Shown piece by piece: positions 26,601 through 37,243 of a stretch of 64,000 nucleotides of DNA (positions are counted from its first letter, which is position 1; every line of letters starts with the position of its first letter). This DNA is from Antedon mediterranea. Lineage: Eukaryota; Animalia; Echinodermata. Location: assembly GCF_964355755.1 (NCBI RefSeq), contig NC_092678.1, positions 16,535,881 to 16,599,880 on the forward strand. Reading direction: 5' to 3'. A program made the translations under genes and the position numbers. The notes beneath the pieces are model-generated. The model saw only the letters and a list, made by a program, of their open reading frames with translations. It did not search any database and was not told where the DNA came from.

Positions 26601-29600
26601 CTAGTCTACATAATACGGTAGTACTAGTCTACATAATACGGTAGTACTAGTCTACATAATACGGTAGTACTAGTCTACATAATACGGTAGTACTAGTCTA
26701 CATAATACGGTAGTACTAGTCTACATAATACGGTAGTACTAGTCTACATAATACGGTAGTACTAGTCTACATAATACGGTAGTACTAGTCTACATAATAC
26801 GGTAGTACTAGTCTACATAATACGGTAGTACTAGTCTACATAATACGGTAGTACTAGTCTACATAATACGGTAGTACTAGTCTACATAATACGGTAGTAC
26901 TAGTCTACATAACACGGTAGTACTAGTCTACATAATACGGTAGTACTAGTCTACATAATACGGTAGTACTAGTCTACATAATACGGTAGTACTAGTCTAC
27001 ATAATACGGTAGTACTAGTCTACATAATACGGTAGTACTAGTCTACATAATACGGTAGTACTAGTCTACATAATACGGTAGTACTAGTCTACATAATACG
27101 GTAGTACTAGTCTACATAATACGGTAGTACTAGTCTACATAATACGGTAGTACTAGTCTACATAATACGGTAGTACTAGTCTACATAATACGGTAGTACT
27201 AGTCTACATAATACGGTAGTACTATTATATAACTTACTTGCATTTAACATGGTCATACAGTAACTTACCGGGAACTGCTAAAACAAGTCCTTTTGCCCTT
27301 GGTACGTTTCTAACTAAGACGGTTCTTGTACTCAAGTCAATTAACTTCGCTCGCTCTATCCTTTCGTTTCCTCTATCAGTCCAGTACAGGTATCTAAGCA
27401 TAAGTATAATCTATGTTACTACATTCTGTTACAAGTAGTTTACGTCCTTTCCACAGATAAAAAAATATATTGAAACTTCCGAAGTTACTGAAGCTGATAA
27501 GTTATTAATGATTTACGAACAATGTAAAAAGAAATAAATCGTTATTACTTCCTTTATTGAGTGGTATTAATGCATTATTATTATTACGTTTTTGCTTACT
27601 AATCAAAAGGAAGAACCAACAGAATGGAAATGTGAAGTTCATAGTTGATCTCCCTCCAACGTGAAAAGAGGTTTACTGTCTATAGAAGGTGACATTACCC
27701 GTTAGATATATCAAACGTAACTAAAAAGAATTGAATATAACTTTAATACGGCCAGTCTTTTACTAATATTAGTAACTAATTTAGTAAAAGTTGTTCAATA
27801 CAGTGTAGCAGTGTATCACATGTGACACATGTATAAGCCTAACATAACTTTAACCATAACATAGTACAGGCGCCATGTGAAACATGTGGCAAGGTATTTA
27901 CAGAATTGGCCTATACTGGACAGATTGTACGATACGGTGCAGAGAATCGGGTGTGAATGAAAAGTATAGAAGCTTCTTAAGTTGAGATGTTATTAATGAA
28001 ATTCATTTCGTTGAATGTTTTAAACGTAAAGGCAATTCTTTTTTTAAACATTCTTATTATTAAATTTGAACGAACTTAAATGTATGGTTTAGATGCATTA
28101 ATAATATACAGAATACAAGTTCACCCGAGAGGTGATCACATAGTTCATTTCCTTTGGATGAGTGGAAAAAAAATAAGTAGATGTACGTTAAGAGAGAGTG
28201 ACATACCCGTTAGCTGTATCTATCTCAATTGCATGTGGTTTTTCTAATCCTGTGTCAAACAGAATTGTTCTGTTTGTTCCATCCAGATTGATTACTTCAA
28301 TTCGGTGTTTTTCTTTTTCTGTCCAATAAAGTTTTTTTCCAGCTCCATCAACGACTAAATCACGCACATCTTAAGTAATGATGACAATTAAACAATTACT
28401 GCAATCCCAACCTATGAAATTTACTTTAAAGACTCTAAAGACTAAAACTGTGTTAACACATTTCAAATGATGCTCAACCCTCGACAAGGGTTATGTATTA
28501 TATTTTACGAAACTTTAGCACGAGGACGAAAACGTTTAATTTAACGGATGACGTCAACAGTCTAGTTATTTGCATAACAGTGTAGTTCATGATTCAGCAG
28601 TTGCGATACCCTTTGGTTAACGTTTTTCACGTCGCTATTATTCAGAAATAAGGTTCACGACGCAACTAACTATAGTTGTTCGTAATGCTTGCCCACGTAG
28701 AAAGAAAAAAGTATGTTATATATATATATAATTTAAGGCGTATCCTAAAAATGCAAGGTAGTGTAATAATTGAACCGTACGATAATTTCTTTTATGAAAA
28801 GTTGTACATTTTATGATGGGAACATTATATAAGTTATGCGTTCGGAGGCCTAAAACAGATTCAATTTCTTTTAATGAAGTTCAACATCGTAAATGTCGGC
28901 ACTTTTTTAGATTATAAATTTCAAGATTCTGCAGATTTAGGTACAAACACGTTTTAGTGAGATTCCTTAGATATTAGTTAGTGACATTGCAAGAGATAGC
29001 TTGGGTTTTACAAGAACATTGATCTTATTGCAGAGAAATAGTCATTAGATTTCGTGGCAATTTATTTACACAATAATTAGATAATGTCTTTATGTTTACA
29101 GAGCATGATATATTGATTGTATTCCATGTTGTTTTTAACAGTTACTTTTACTGTTTAGTTGAATTTTTTTGTAAAATTATGTTTATGATATTCATAATAA
29201 TCTTATACGTTTATTTCTGTTATACGTTTTATTATTTAATTATGTTCGGTGTTTTGATTCATAGTGTTTATTGATTCTATTTTACCCTTTATTATCCTAA
29301 GTGTTTTGTTTAGTTCTTCTATGCAGTGGAAATGAAAAAAGAAAAAATTTTGTTTGCGAAAGCGGTATATAAAAGATTGGCCTATATAAATTACAAATAT
29401 GCTGTAAAATGGTTTAACTTCTCCTACTCTTTTGGACTAGGGGCTATCTTTCCTAACCTCACATCTGTCATCAACGCTTACTGAAATCTTTCGATTCAGG
29501 AATCCTAAATCCGACCTCGTTATCTACAATTTCTGAAAAAATCAGAGGAATTGATAAATGGTGCTTATACTTACACCTTATGCAAAAAGAGGTAAAACGT

Positions 29601-32600
29601 AAATTCTTAACGACATTATTTTAGTTTAGTATCCTCAAACGTTTAATTATGATTATTAAACAACAACGTTTAGTTCAACAACACTTGGTTCAACCTTGAA
29701 AAGAGTTGGTCTATTTAGGCGATGTAAATCTAACGAAATTATAAACTTTCAAAAAAATAAACATTAATAAAAAAATAAATTTCCTTTGCATACAATTTGA
29801 TTTAAAAGTTAGCGAAACAAATGCTACAAAATATCATGATGCTTATTTTTCCTAATAAAACATTTAAAAATGAATAGAATATTACTAAAATTTGATCCCA
29901 AAGATACAAACACTTCATGTTGGTTGGTGACAAGTGAAAACCGTTCAATTGTGTTGGTGTCGCCATCAGACCAATACAGTGTTAATCTGCTAATGTCATA
30001 ATCAACAGCATAGGGTTCAGTTAATACGACATTCTGAATAACTGATGCTAAAGTCAAATTTGCGTTGTCACTGGAACTAAGGTTTGTCATATATATTCCA
30101 GGAGGATCCTCTTTGTTGACTACAAACATAACATCACCTGTATTATTAAAATATTAAAAAAAAAACGTTTACTTGAATAATAACACCTAAATAAACAATA
30201 AGTATAACAAAATTAAACATTAACACACTAATTATTATTCTATTAAACATTAATTATTGGGATAAAGTTTTTTGCTGATTCACAAATAAATGCACGAAAA
30301 AATCAAATACAATACTTATGCACAAAAACAAAAGCGATTTTGCAAAGTTCCAGAGGACTAAATCTGCTTTAAGAGGCGACTTCCATGTCCTAAAGTAATA
30401 TTTGAATGTTTCTGTCGTTCTCTTAGTTATTTTGCGACACATTTAGTCTATATTATGTATTACCATCTGTTTAAAAAAAGTCTTTCAATATCAATTCCTT
30501 TAAATTTAAGTTTTAAAAATGTATCTATTCGTATTTTTTTATATCGAGTGTTATATTGTAAAGAGTTTAACAAAGTTAAGTATTATAGATGTTTATATTT
30601 TAAAGGCCTCTGGATACTAGTTGGCCTGAGGATTCAGCTAGAAGGGTTACGCTCTCTAAATAAAGTGGAAATAAGTTAATAAAAAGACAACATCAAAGCC
30701 GATCTCTACGAAATTATTAAAAGCATTAACAGGTTTCTTACAAGCATTGTTCAGTACCACTATCGCAATATTAAAACTGTAGTTACGCCTTACGCGTCTT
30801 TCACACCTAAAAATCACCTCTTAACTTTTCATCTTCACGACGCGCAAGGCGTGTCAGCGTGGTTTCCATTAAATCGCTACACTGTCGCTACGACAAGCGC
30901 TACGTCGTAACGCTGTTCCTGACGCAATCGCAATCATCGCAGTCAAATCGGCAAAGTTCAACCAGGTTCAACCTTGCAGATTTGTTGGGGATGAATCGTA
31001 ACTATTATCCAATCACACGCTGAATATCAGTCGACGTCACTCGTGGCGGGAATCTGCTCGCTTGTGTTCATTATGATCCACAAACATCGCAATGATGATA
31101 GCAGCGACAAACAATTTTGACGTGCCTTTTCTTAATAAAGTAAGGGAATTTCGTTGTCTCTACGACAAAAGTAATACGAAAATAAATACGAATGAAAAGC
31201 AATGCCTGGAGTGAGGTGGCGGTCAAACTCGGTTGTACTGTTGAAAAATGCATTCAACGGTACCATAGTGTGTCCGGACCACATTTTCCAGGTAGGCCTA
31301 GAACACTTCTCTAGTTAAGGCCTACGATATATTCTCCATCTAGACGAAAGTATCTCGTAGGCATTTTCAATCGTGCGTCTGGCCCTTGAAAGTCTGTAAT
31401 TGTAAAATATTCTGTACTTCGGTCAATCCTTTGCATTGGTATGGCTTCATCATCTATTTCTTCAATTGGAAGATTTCGTCGCATACTAAGAAAGTTTATA
31501 CTCACTCACTTCTTCTATATAGGGCACTGGCACTCCAATCCCGGGAACAGAACCGCATCGTTGTCCCTTCTGTATCCCCCGATGTTAACATAGGTGAATG
31601 TGTATTTAGCATCACAGATACCCATGATTACAATACTGTGGAAGTTATTGTAGAAGTTCTGATTAGAACACCCATTACTGGGGCATTCTATGCACGCATG
31701 TTTGCCATCCGCAGCTCCTAAAACATGCGGAAAATTCCATCGGTCAAAAATGTGGTCAGAAATGGTCTGTTAGTCTTCTTTAGTTGATGGCATCCGCATG
31801 TAAACAGGCATTAATACACTCCAAATAGCTGAGCATGTTTCTATTACCACGTGCTTATAGTGAATCTTCTAATTTTGAAATTGAACGCCTGCGAACTCTG
31901 AGAATCACCTGTTGCCAGATATATAATAGTTACAGTAAGGCCACAACTAAATTCACACATTTCATTAAGAAGAGAAACATCGAAATGATAATTTAAAAAG
32001 ATATTATTACAAGTTGAATAAATTAATCAACAAGATTTAAATGTTTGATATTTCATTGACCTATTAATATTGAATTCATGCCAGAAAGGAATATAGAGAA
32101 AAGACTACGACAGACTGATGCAGAACAAGGAGACCAGACACTAGTACCTTTATAGTCCTCAATGTCCTTTCATGCATCGTGTATGCCATTTCTGCATTAA
32201 CAGCATCATCTTCGATAGGATTGGATTATAAAAATTAATTGATTTCCGCTTAAAATGATACAATCCTCAGATTCTGGTAACGTCATGAGGTAATTTCCCG
32301 ATTGATCGTAATCAAAACGGTACTGGGTTTGGTCTACTAGCGTTCCTGCTCCCAACCAGTACATCCATTCATAGAAGCCTTAATGAAGTAAGCCTACCTG
32401 GTGGTGGCCATAGAACGGTCCCGAGATAACGACTAGGCCTATACTTCGGCTTTAGTCGATAGAAGATTGAATAAAATTGTTAGAGATAGAGTATACCATG
32501 TTATGATTATGTGTAGATATGTGATTTGTTCTTTTTATTCCAATGATGTTATGTATTTAATAAATTTGTTATATCAATTAATTAAATTATCGTAGATTGC

Positions 32601-35108
32601 ATATTATGCGATGAATATTATTTAATAAATTTTTGATATATTATTATTATTATTATATTAATAAAAAAGATATTTGTTAGTATAAATTAAAAAATATAGA
32701 TATAAGGAAGAAAAGCAAAGAGATTATGGAGCGGCTGTACCAGAATATACAACACTAAGTATTGTAAAGTTAATATATTAAAAATTTAGGCGATCTTGTC
32801 AAAGGTCAAGCGCCTTCAGCCTGCCACGTTTCGATATTCAATATTGAACTTGACCTGACGTGGTTCCACAATATCTTTATATGAATATGGTAGAGTGGAT
32901 AGAAACAAAAATTAATTTAAATTTAAAAAGTTTACCTTAATAACTGGTTTTGAACTGCATCGGTTGATGTTTTATCGTTTATTATGTTCGATAAAGTGCG
33001 TATGCGTATAGAATGAAATGCTCGCGTTATGATGTACGCGTGTAATGCTGTTTATATCGTATAATAGATAAAGGATGAAAATATAGAAGGTATGATGGTA
33101 GAAAAATAAAAAAGCAGTTTAGGATGTAGAAATAGGAAAAGTGTGTTACTGCAAAAGTGTAGATTTTGAATGCGAGAAATGACTAGAAAGTACATTCCTG
33201 CTAGGCGCTATCTTTCCTAACCTCAAATCTGTTATCAACGCTTACTGAAATCTTTCGATTCAGAAATCCTAAATCCGACCACCTTAGGTACAATTTCTGA
33301 AAAAATCAGACGAATTGATAAAACCGGGTGCTTATACTTATCACCTATTCAAAAAGAGGTAAAACGTAAATTTCTTAACGGCATTATGTTACTTTAGTAT
33401 CCTCAAAGGTTTAATTATAATTATTAAACAACAACGTTTGGTTCAATCTTGAAATAATTCTAAGAAGTTGCTCTATTTAGGCTATGTAAAATCTAACGAA
33501 ATTATAAACTTGCTACCAAATAATTAGGCCTATTCTTAAAAAATAAATAAACATTGACAAAAAAATAAATTTCTTTAAATTAAATTTGATTTAAAAGTTA
33601 GCGAAATAAATGCTACAAAATATGATGCTTATTTTTCCTAATAAAACATTTAATAATGAATAGAATATTACTAGAATTTGATCCCAAAGATACAAACACT
33701 TCATGTTGATTAGTAACAAGTGAAAATCGTTCGATGGTGTGCTTGCTGACATCAGACCAATACAGTGTTAATCTGCTAATGTCATAATCGACAGCGTAGG
33801 GTTCATTTAATCCTCTAACTAAAGTGAATATATATATAAAAAGAAAAACATCAATGCCGATCTCTAGGAAATTTTGAAAAGCATTAACTTCACAGTTATA
33901 TTATCAGGTTTCTTGTAAGCATTGTTCAGTCCCACATCACAATATTAAAACAAGAAAGCCACTCCGAGAGTGCATACCTCCGCCTACTGTAAAATTCTCC
34001 AACATAATATTTTTCCGGGGCGGGAATATATTTATGTGTTCTTAATGCTGTGGGCTAATTTCACTACAAGCATGTGTATGTAAACAGGTGAAATTTAAAA
34101 GAAATTTTTTTAAAACTACTCGTATAAAAAAACAAATTATGTTTTAAAATTACAAATCACAAATTATAACTCTTGCATCTTGTACAAAAATGAAAATTAT
34201 ACTAAAAAGTGGTCCAGAATTGGGACCGTGTTTTCAAAATTTAATGGAATGGTCCTTGACCACATATCTATCTGTATTTTCATTTTGGTAAATCGATCGA
34301 TCGACTGCTCCTCTTTGGCGGGGGTAAAAAATAACTCACACTAGGAAATCACCTCTCAATATTTCGTCTTCACGACGCGCCTTCCGCGGTTTGTGATGTG
34401 CCAGTAATTTTACTCGATATGCGTACATGTGGTAGATTGTATAATGCTTCAGGAAAAAATATTTAATATCATATCTAGTTACTGATATATTTTATTAATT
34501 TACCGTCACCAGTGTGTAAACAAACAACAAGAATCACAAGGAAAATTATAATGTCAATGTTGTAAATAAATTGTGATTATTAAAAATGTTTAATAATGTT
34601 ATAATACTCAATTCCGGAAACCATTGTTTAAAATAATAACAGTAACGAAGTAATTCATATTACATTCGTACAATACACAGTAACCTACTTTGAAGAGCAT
34701 AAACATCAATGTTATTTAGACCAAACGTCTTTGTATTAACTTTTTAAAATTCTTAAAAACTATAGCAAAATAAGAGAATTAATGAAAAACGAGGTAATAC
34801 GGAATACAAAGATTTAAAAATGTTATTGATGAAGTTTATCCAATTGTGACATTAAGAATAAAAAAAAATGTGATAAATAATTGTGATTTATGTGATGACA
34901 TGAACGATAATAATGAATGTGAATAAAAGTGGTGTTTACGCCACAAAAGAAAACAAAAAAACATCAAGTTTCTTCCTAAATGTAGAAGCAGTCGGAGATA
35001 CACTTTACATTTACAGCATTGGTAAATACTAAAATATATTAATAACATACCTTTAATTAAGTGTAGAAGTACGGAAAGAAAAAAACAGACGAATTTCCAA
35101 CAGGCCAT
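14623..35108 (-). CDS. Paralogue B, complete 17-exon gene (~1097 aa): secreted YWTD propeller + beta-rich region + C-type lectin + Cys-rich module + unnamed C-terminal domain
   Basis: Exons 35051-35108, 29886-30137, 28207-28369, 27269-27393, 25190-25435, 23971-24119, 23299-23367, 22825-22939, 21698-22379, 20700-20889, 19801-20005, 19144-19355, 18744-18966, 18143-18331, 15697-15849, 15040-15243, 14623-14681. All have AG/GT edges and matching phases; total 3294 nt = 1097 codons + TAA, no internal stop. Exon 13 donor could alternatively lie 24 nt further on in the same phase. Confidence 0.85.
16063..16606. mobile_element. Rearranged TIR element (MITE-like) associated with (TA)n, containing a tRNA-like sequence
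   Basis: 22-bp TIR ataaacaaatcaggcaaagaac at 16063 and 16330, reverse complement at 16585-16606; ~70-bp arm 16104-16172 inverted at 16496-16565; (TA)n at 16176-16222. Confidence 0.7.
16427..16493 (+). tRNA. tRNA-like sequence (pseudo-tRNA, shortened D-arm, apparent anticodon ATA)
   Basis: Acceptor gccccag/ttggggc, anticodon stem tctgc/gcagg with loop atataaa, perfect T-arm ccgag-ttcgagt-ctcgg, followed by TTTTT at 16496-16500. Confidence 0.6.
16607..18010 (-). mobile_element. 5'-truncated CR1-group LINE (Crack/L2-like) with open RT C-terminal ORF 16868-17992
   Basis: IDLCKAFDTVDH, GVPQGSILGPLLF, LYADD, KYLGI motifs; 3' tail aataa(attca)n at 16607-16625. Confidence 0.93.
18744..19355 (-). 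CDS. C-type lectin domain exons 12-13 of paralogue B
   Basis: CRSGYTPYKETCYKVF...TWDAAKAACEADNAQLVMI...EQQFL...YWIGLKD / FKWTNGS...FTKW...EDC...WDIMDC...AICE. Confidence 0.93.
20050..20710. repeat. Intronic tandem duplication including a copy of the exon-10 donor
   Basis: gacttatatcataa(t/g)tcattaaaacagagaa at ~20068 and ~20470; gctgaccgtgggcc...ataacttacattaaatcg at 20382-20443 and 20647-20708. Confidence 0.85.
25190..30137 (-). CDS. YWTD (LDLR class B) six-bladed propeller exons 2-5 of paralogue B
   Basis: YWSD, YWTE, YWTD, YWIV and YWTD motifs with typical spacing (ANLNGTNRR, PWGIDI, PRGLYI) plus a degenerate N-terminal blade. Confidence 0.9.
26487..27224. repeat. 23-bp minisatellite, ~32 copies
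   Basis: Unit tagtctacataatacggtagtac; only one variant base seen (26913). Confidence 0.98.
27816..32284. repeat. Segmental duplication, copy 2 (matches 1-4438)
   Basis: Near-identical to the window start, including exons 2-3 and the left part of the Harbinger element. Confidence 0.97.
30856..32280. mobile_element. Truncated duplicate of the Harbinger element (left TIR, MADF and transposase remnants)
   Basis: agcgtggtttccattaaatcgctacactgt TIR; [14 protein letters not shown] on minus strand at ~31700-31740; right TIR absent. Confidence 0.85.
33672..33818 (-). other. Truncated exon-2 copy; candidate in-frame cassette exon
   Basis: ...ttcactttag|TT AGA GGA TTA AAT GAA CCC ... AAT TCT A|gtaata; 147 nt, phase 1-1, no stop: [49 protein letters not shown]. 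Confidence 0.55.
33948..34333 (-). mobile_element. Non-autonomous Helentron/DINE-1-like element
   Basis: Subterminal inverted repeat tacctccgcc (33975) / ggcgggggta (34317), terminal hairpin cactc-cga-gagtg, A/T-run ends; absent from the paralogous copies. Confidence 0.65.
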
Positions 35109-37243
35109 TTTTTCACAGTATTTTAATAAACAATGTTCAATTACGTCGTCAAAAACGATTATGCTGTATATCACACGGTCGCAATATTATAACTAACGCT
35201 ATCTTGTTGCGATTTGTTTATTAATAACGCTATATTATTCAAATTAACTAATAATTAAGACCGACATGTTAGGTACTTTATATGCACACGATAAGCACAA
35301 TATAAAAGTACTTTTAAGCTCATAATATACGCACCGATCTTTTAGAATATGACTCTCTTAAACAAAGACATAATCAATAACTTAAAAGTGGATGAATTTA
35401 TTAGTATAGTCTCAGTATCTTTATCTTCGTGGACGGAAATATTTTAAATAACAAGTCCTCTGTCGTTTCGCAAAGCATTAATTTTTATGGCGTTCACTCA
35501 ACTCGGATGCATCTTAAACTTTTTTAGCCATGACAGTATTTATAAAAATTAAAATATGTACGTGCATGTATGTGAGCATAATAGGAAAATAACAATGACT
35601 TATGAATTTATTTTAATTCATTTCTAGGTTAAAATAGCAATAACGCTAGTTATAACATAATTAAGTACTTTATATGCACATAAACACAACAAAAAATGTA
35701 CGTGCATTTAACGGGGGAATAATAGGACAATAACAATGAGTTGTGACATTTTACAAAATAGCAATAACGCTAGTATTAAAATAAATTTCATATTGGCGGA
35801 CTAATTAAGTACGTTATATGCACATAAACACAACCAAATTGTATTTGTATTTGATAATACACACAAGTAAACTTTATAGTATTTCATTGTCTTCAACAAA
35901 TACAGAATCAATAACTTTATAAACTTACATTATACTTTATAACTTTAGAGCTCAGAGTTTTGATAATTAAGCGGGCCGCTTTAAAATCTGTTTAGAAAAC
36001 AAAATACCCTATAATATGTAAGCAATAAAAATAATTAGCTACGGTACGTTAACACAATTCAATACCAGACTGAATTAAGGAGTCACGTGACAATGCACAG
36101 TGGGTCAGAATCAATTCAAAGTATGTGTGTTCCAAAAGTCCAAAATGGTAAATGTGGCAAAAGGATTTATTATATCACTGTGCGCTACTATGCCCACTTT
36201 GATAATAAATAGGATTTATAGTTTAAGACTGTGCGCTATTAATAGATCTAACAATTTTGATGATTGATTAAGATGATTCCTTATAATATAGCATACTAAT
36301 TTAAACATCATTGCTTTTTTTTTGTCTTCTGTAGGATCGACCAACTTTTATTTCTTCATCAATAAAATGTTCGTTTCCAATGCATTGCACATGAGTAGTG
36401 TAATGATACAATACAATATAGCTGATATTAAATAACTTTCAGTACATCTGATATCTCACTCCTACTATTGCATATATAATAGTAAGGAAAGAAGAAAAAA
36501 AATATTTTCCGTCCTCTATGTTATACACTCTTACACGTGTTTCAATCCTTAACAATGTACGTATAATTTAACAGGATTCTTTATTTCATAACTCTTTTTA
36601 TCTCTTTCAGGCTATCAACAAATGGTTATATTTTACTTTACCTAAATATCAATTTTATAAACGTTAATTGTATACCTTGTTTTAACAAGCAATTAAAAAT
36701 TAAAAATTGTTACGGTCCATGATATCTGACCACATTCTGTTTGCCTTTTCTTTATTTATTAAAAACTCACAATGATTATACCTTCTAACTCAGCAGTAAA
36801 CATTAACCATGGACATTTTTTAACAAGTCCAAGTCTATGTCTGACTTTACTTTTATAAATAAAGAAAGTTAAAATGGAAAATATTTCATTAATTTTGACA
36901 TCATATTTTCCAACTTTTAACTTTGTTTTTCCCACCTAGATTCCAGTCTATAAAACAATTTTTGAAGTTGGTTTTTCCATATATTTTGTGCTTTTGGTTG
37001 TACGCACATCATTGCTTATCAAAGAAAATATACTTCTATGGTTAAAGGAGGTGGAAAATAATCAAGGTATGTTCAATATCTTGAGATGCTTTGATTGAGT
37101 GAATTAAGTGCAAATGGTGTTTATCAATTAAATAGAACCGTTCCCTATTTCCCTTTTTATGTCTATACGTTTTTAGGTTCGATTGGATAGGTATTCCTTT
37201 CACCTTATACAGACGGGTATAATTTTATTCTAAATTATACATA

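Larger units (their letters stand above)
33203..35202. repeat. Third, more diverged paralogous segment (intron 2 end, truncated exon 2, intron 1, exon 1)
   Basis: Aligns piecewise with 1577-2185, 2810-3025, 7393-7634 and 10100-10412. Confidence 0.9.

Noticed and set aside
26487-27224. Possible CRISPR array
   Set aside because: Contiguous identical units with no unique spacers, inside a eukaryotic intron, and no cas genes.
25190-30137. Calling the gene LRP4/5/6 or LDLR
   Set aside because: No LDLa repeats, EGF modules, transmembrane helix or NPxY/PPPSP motifs.
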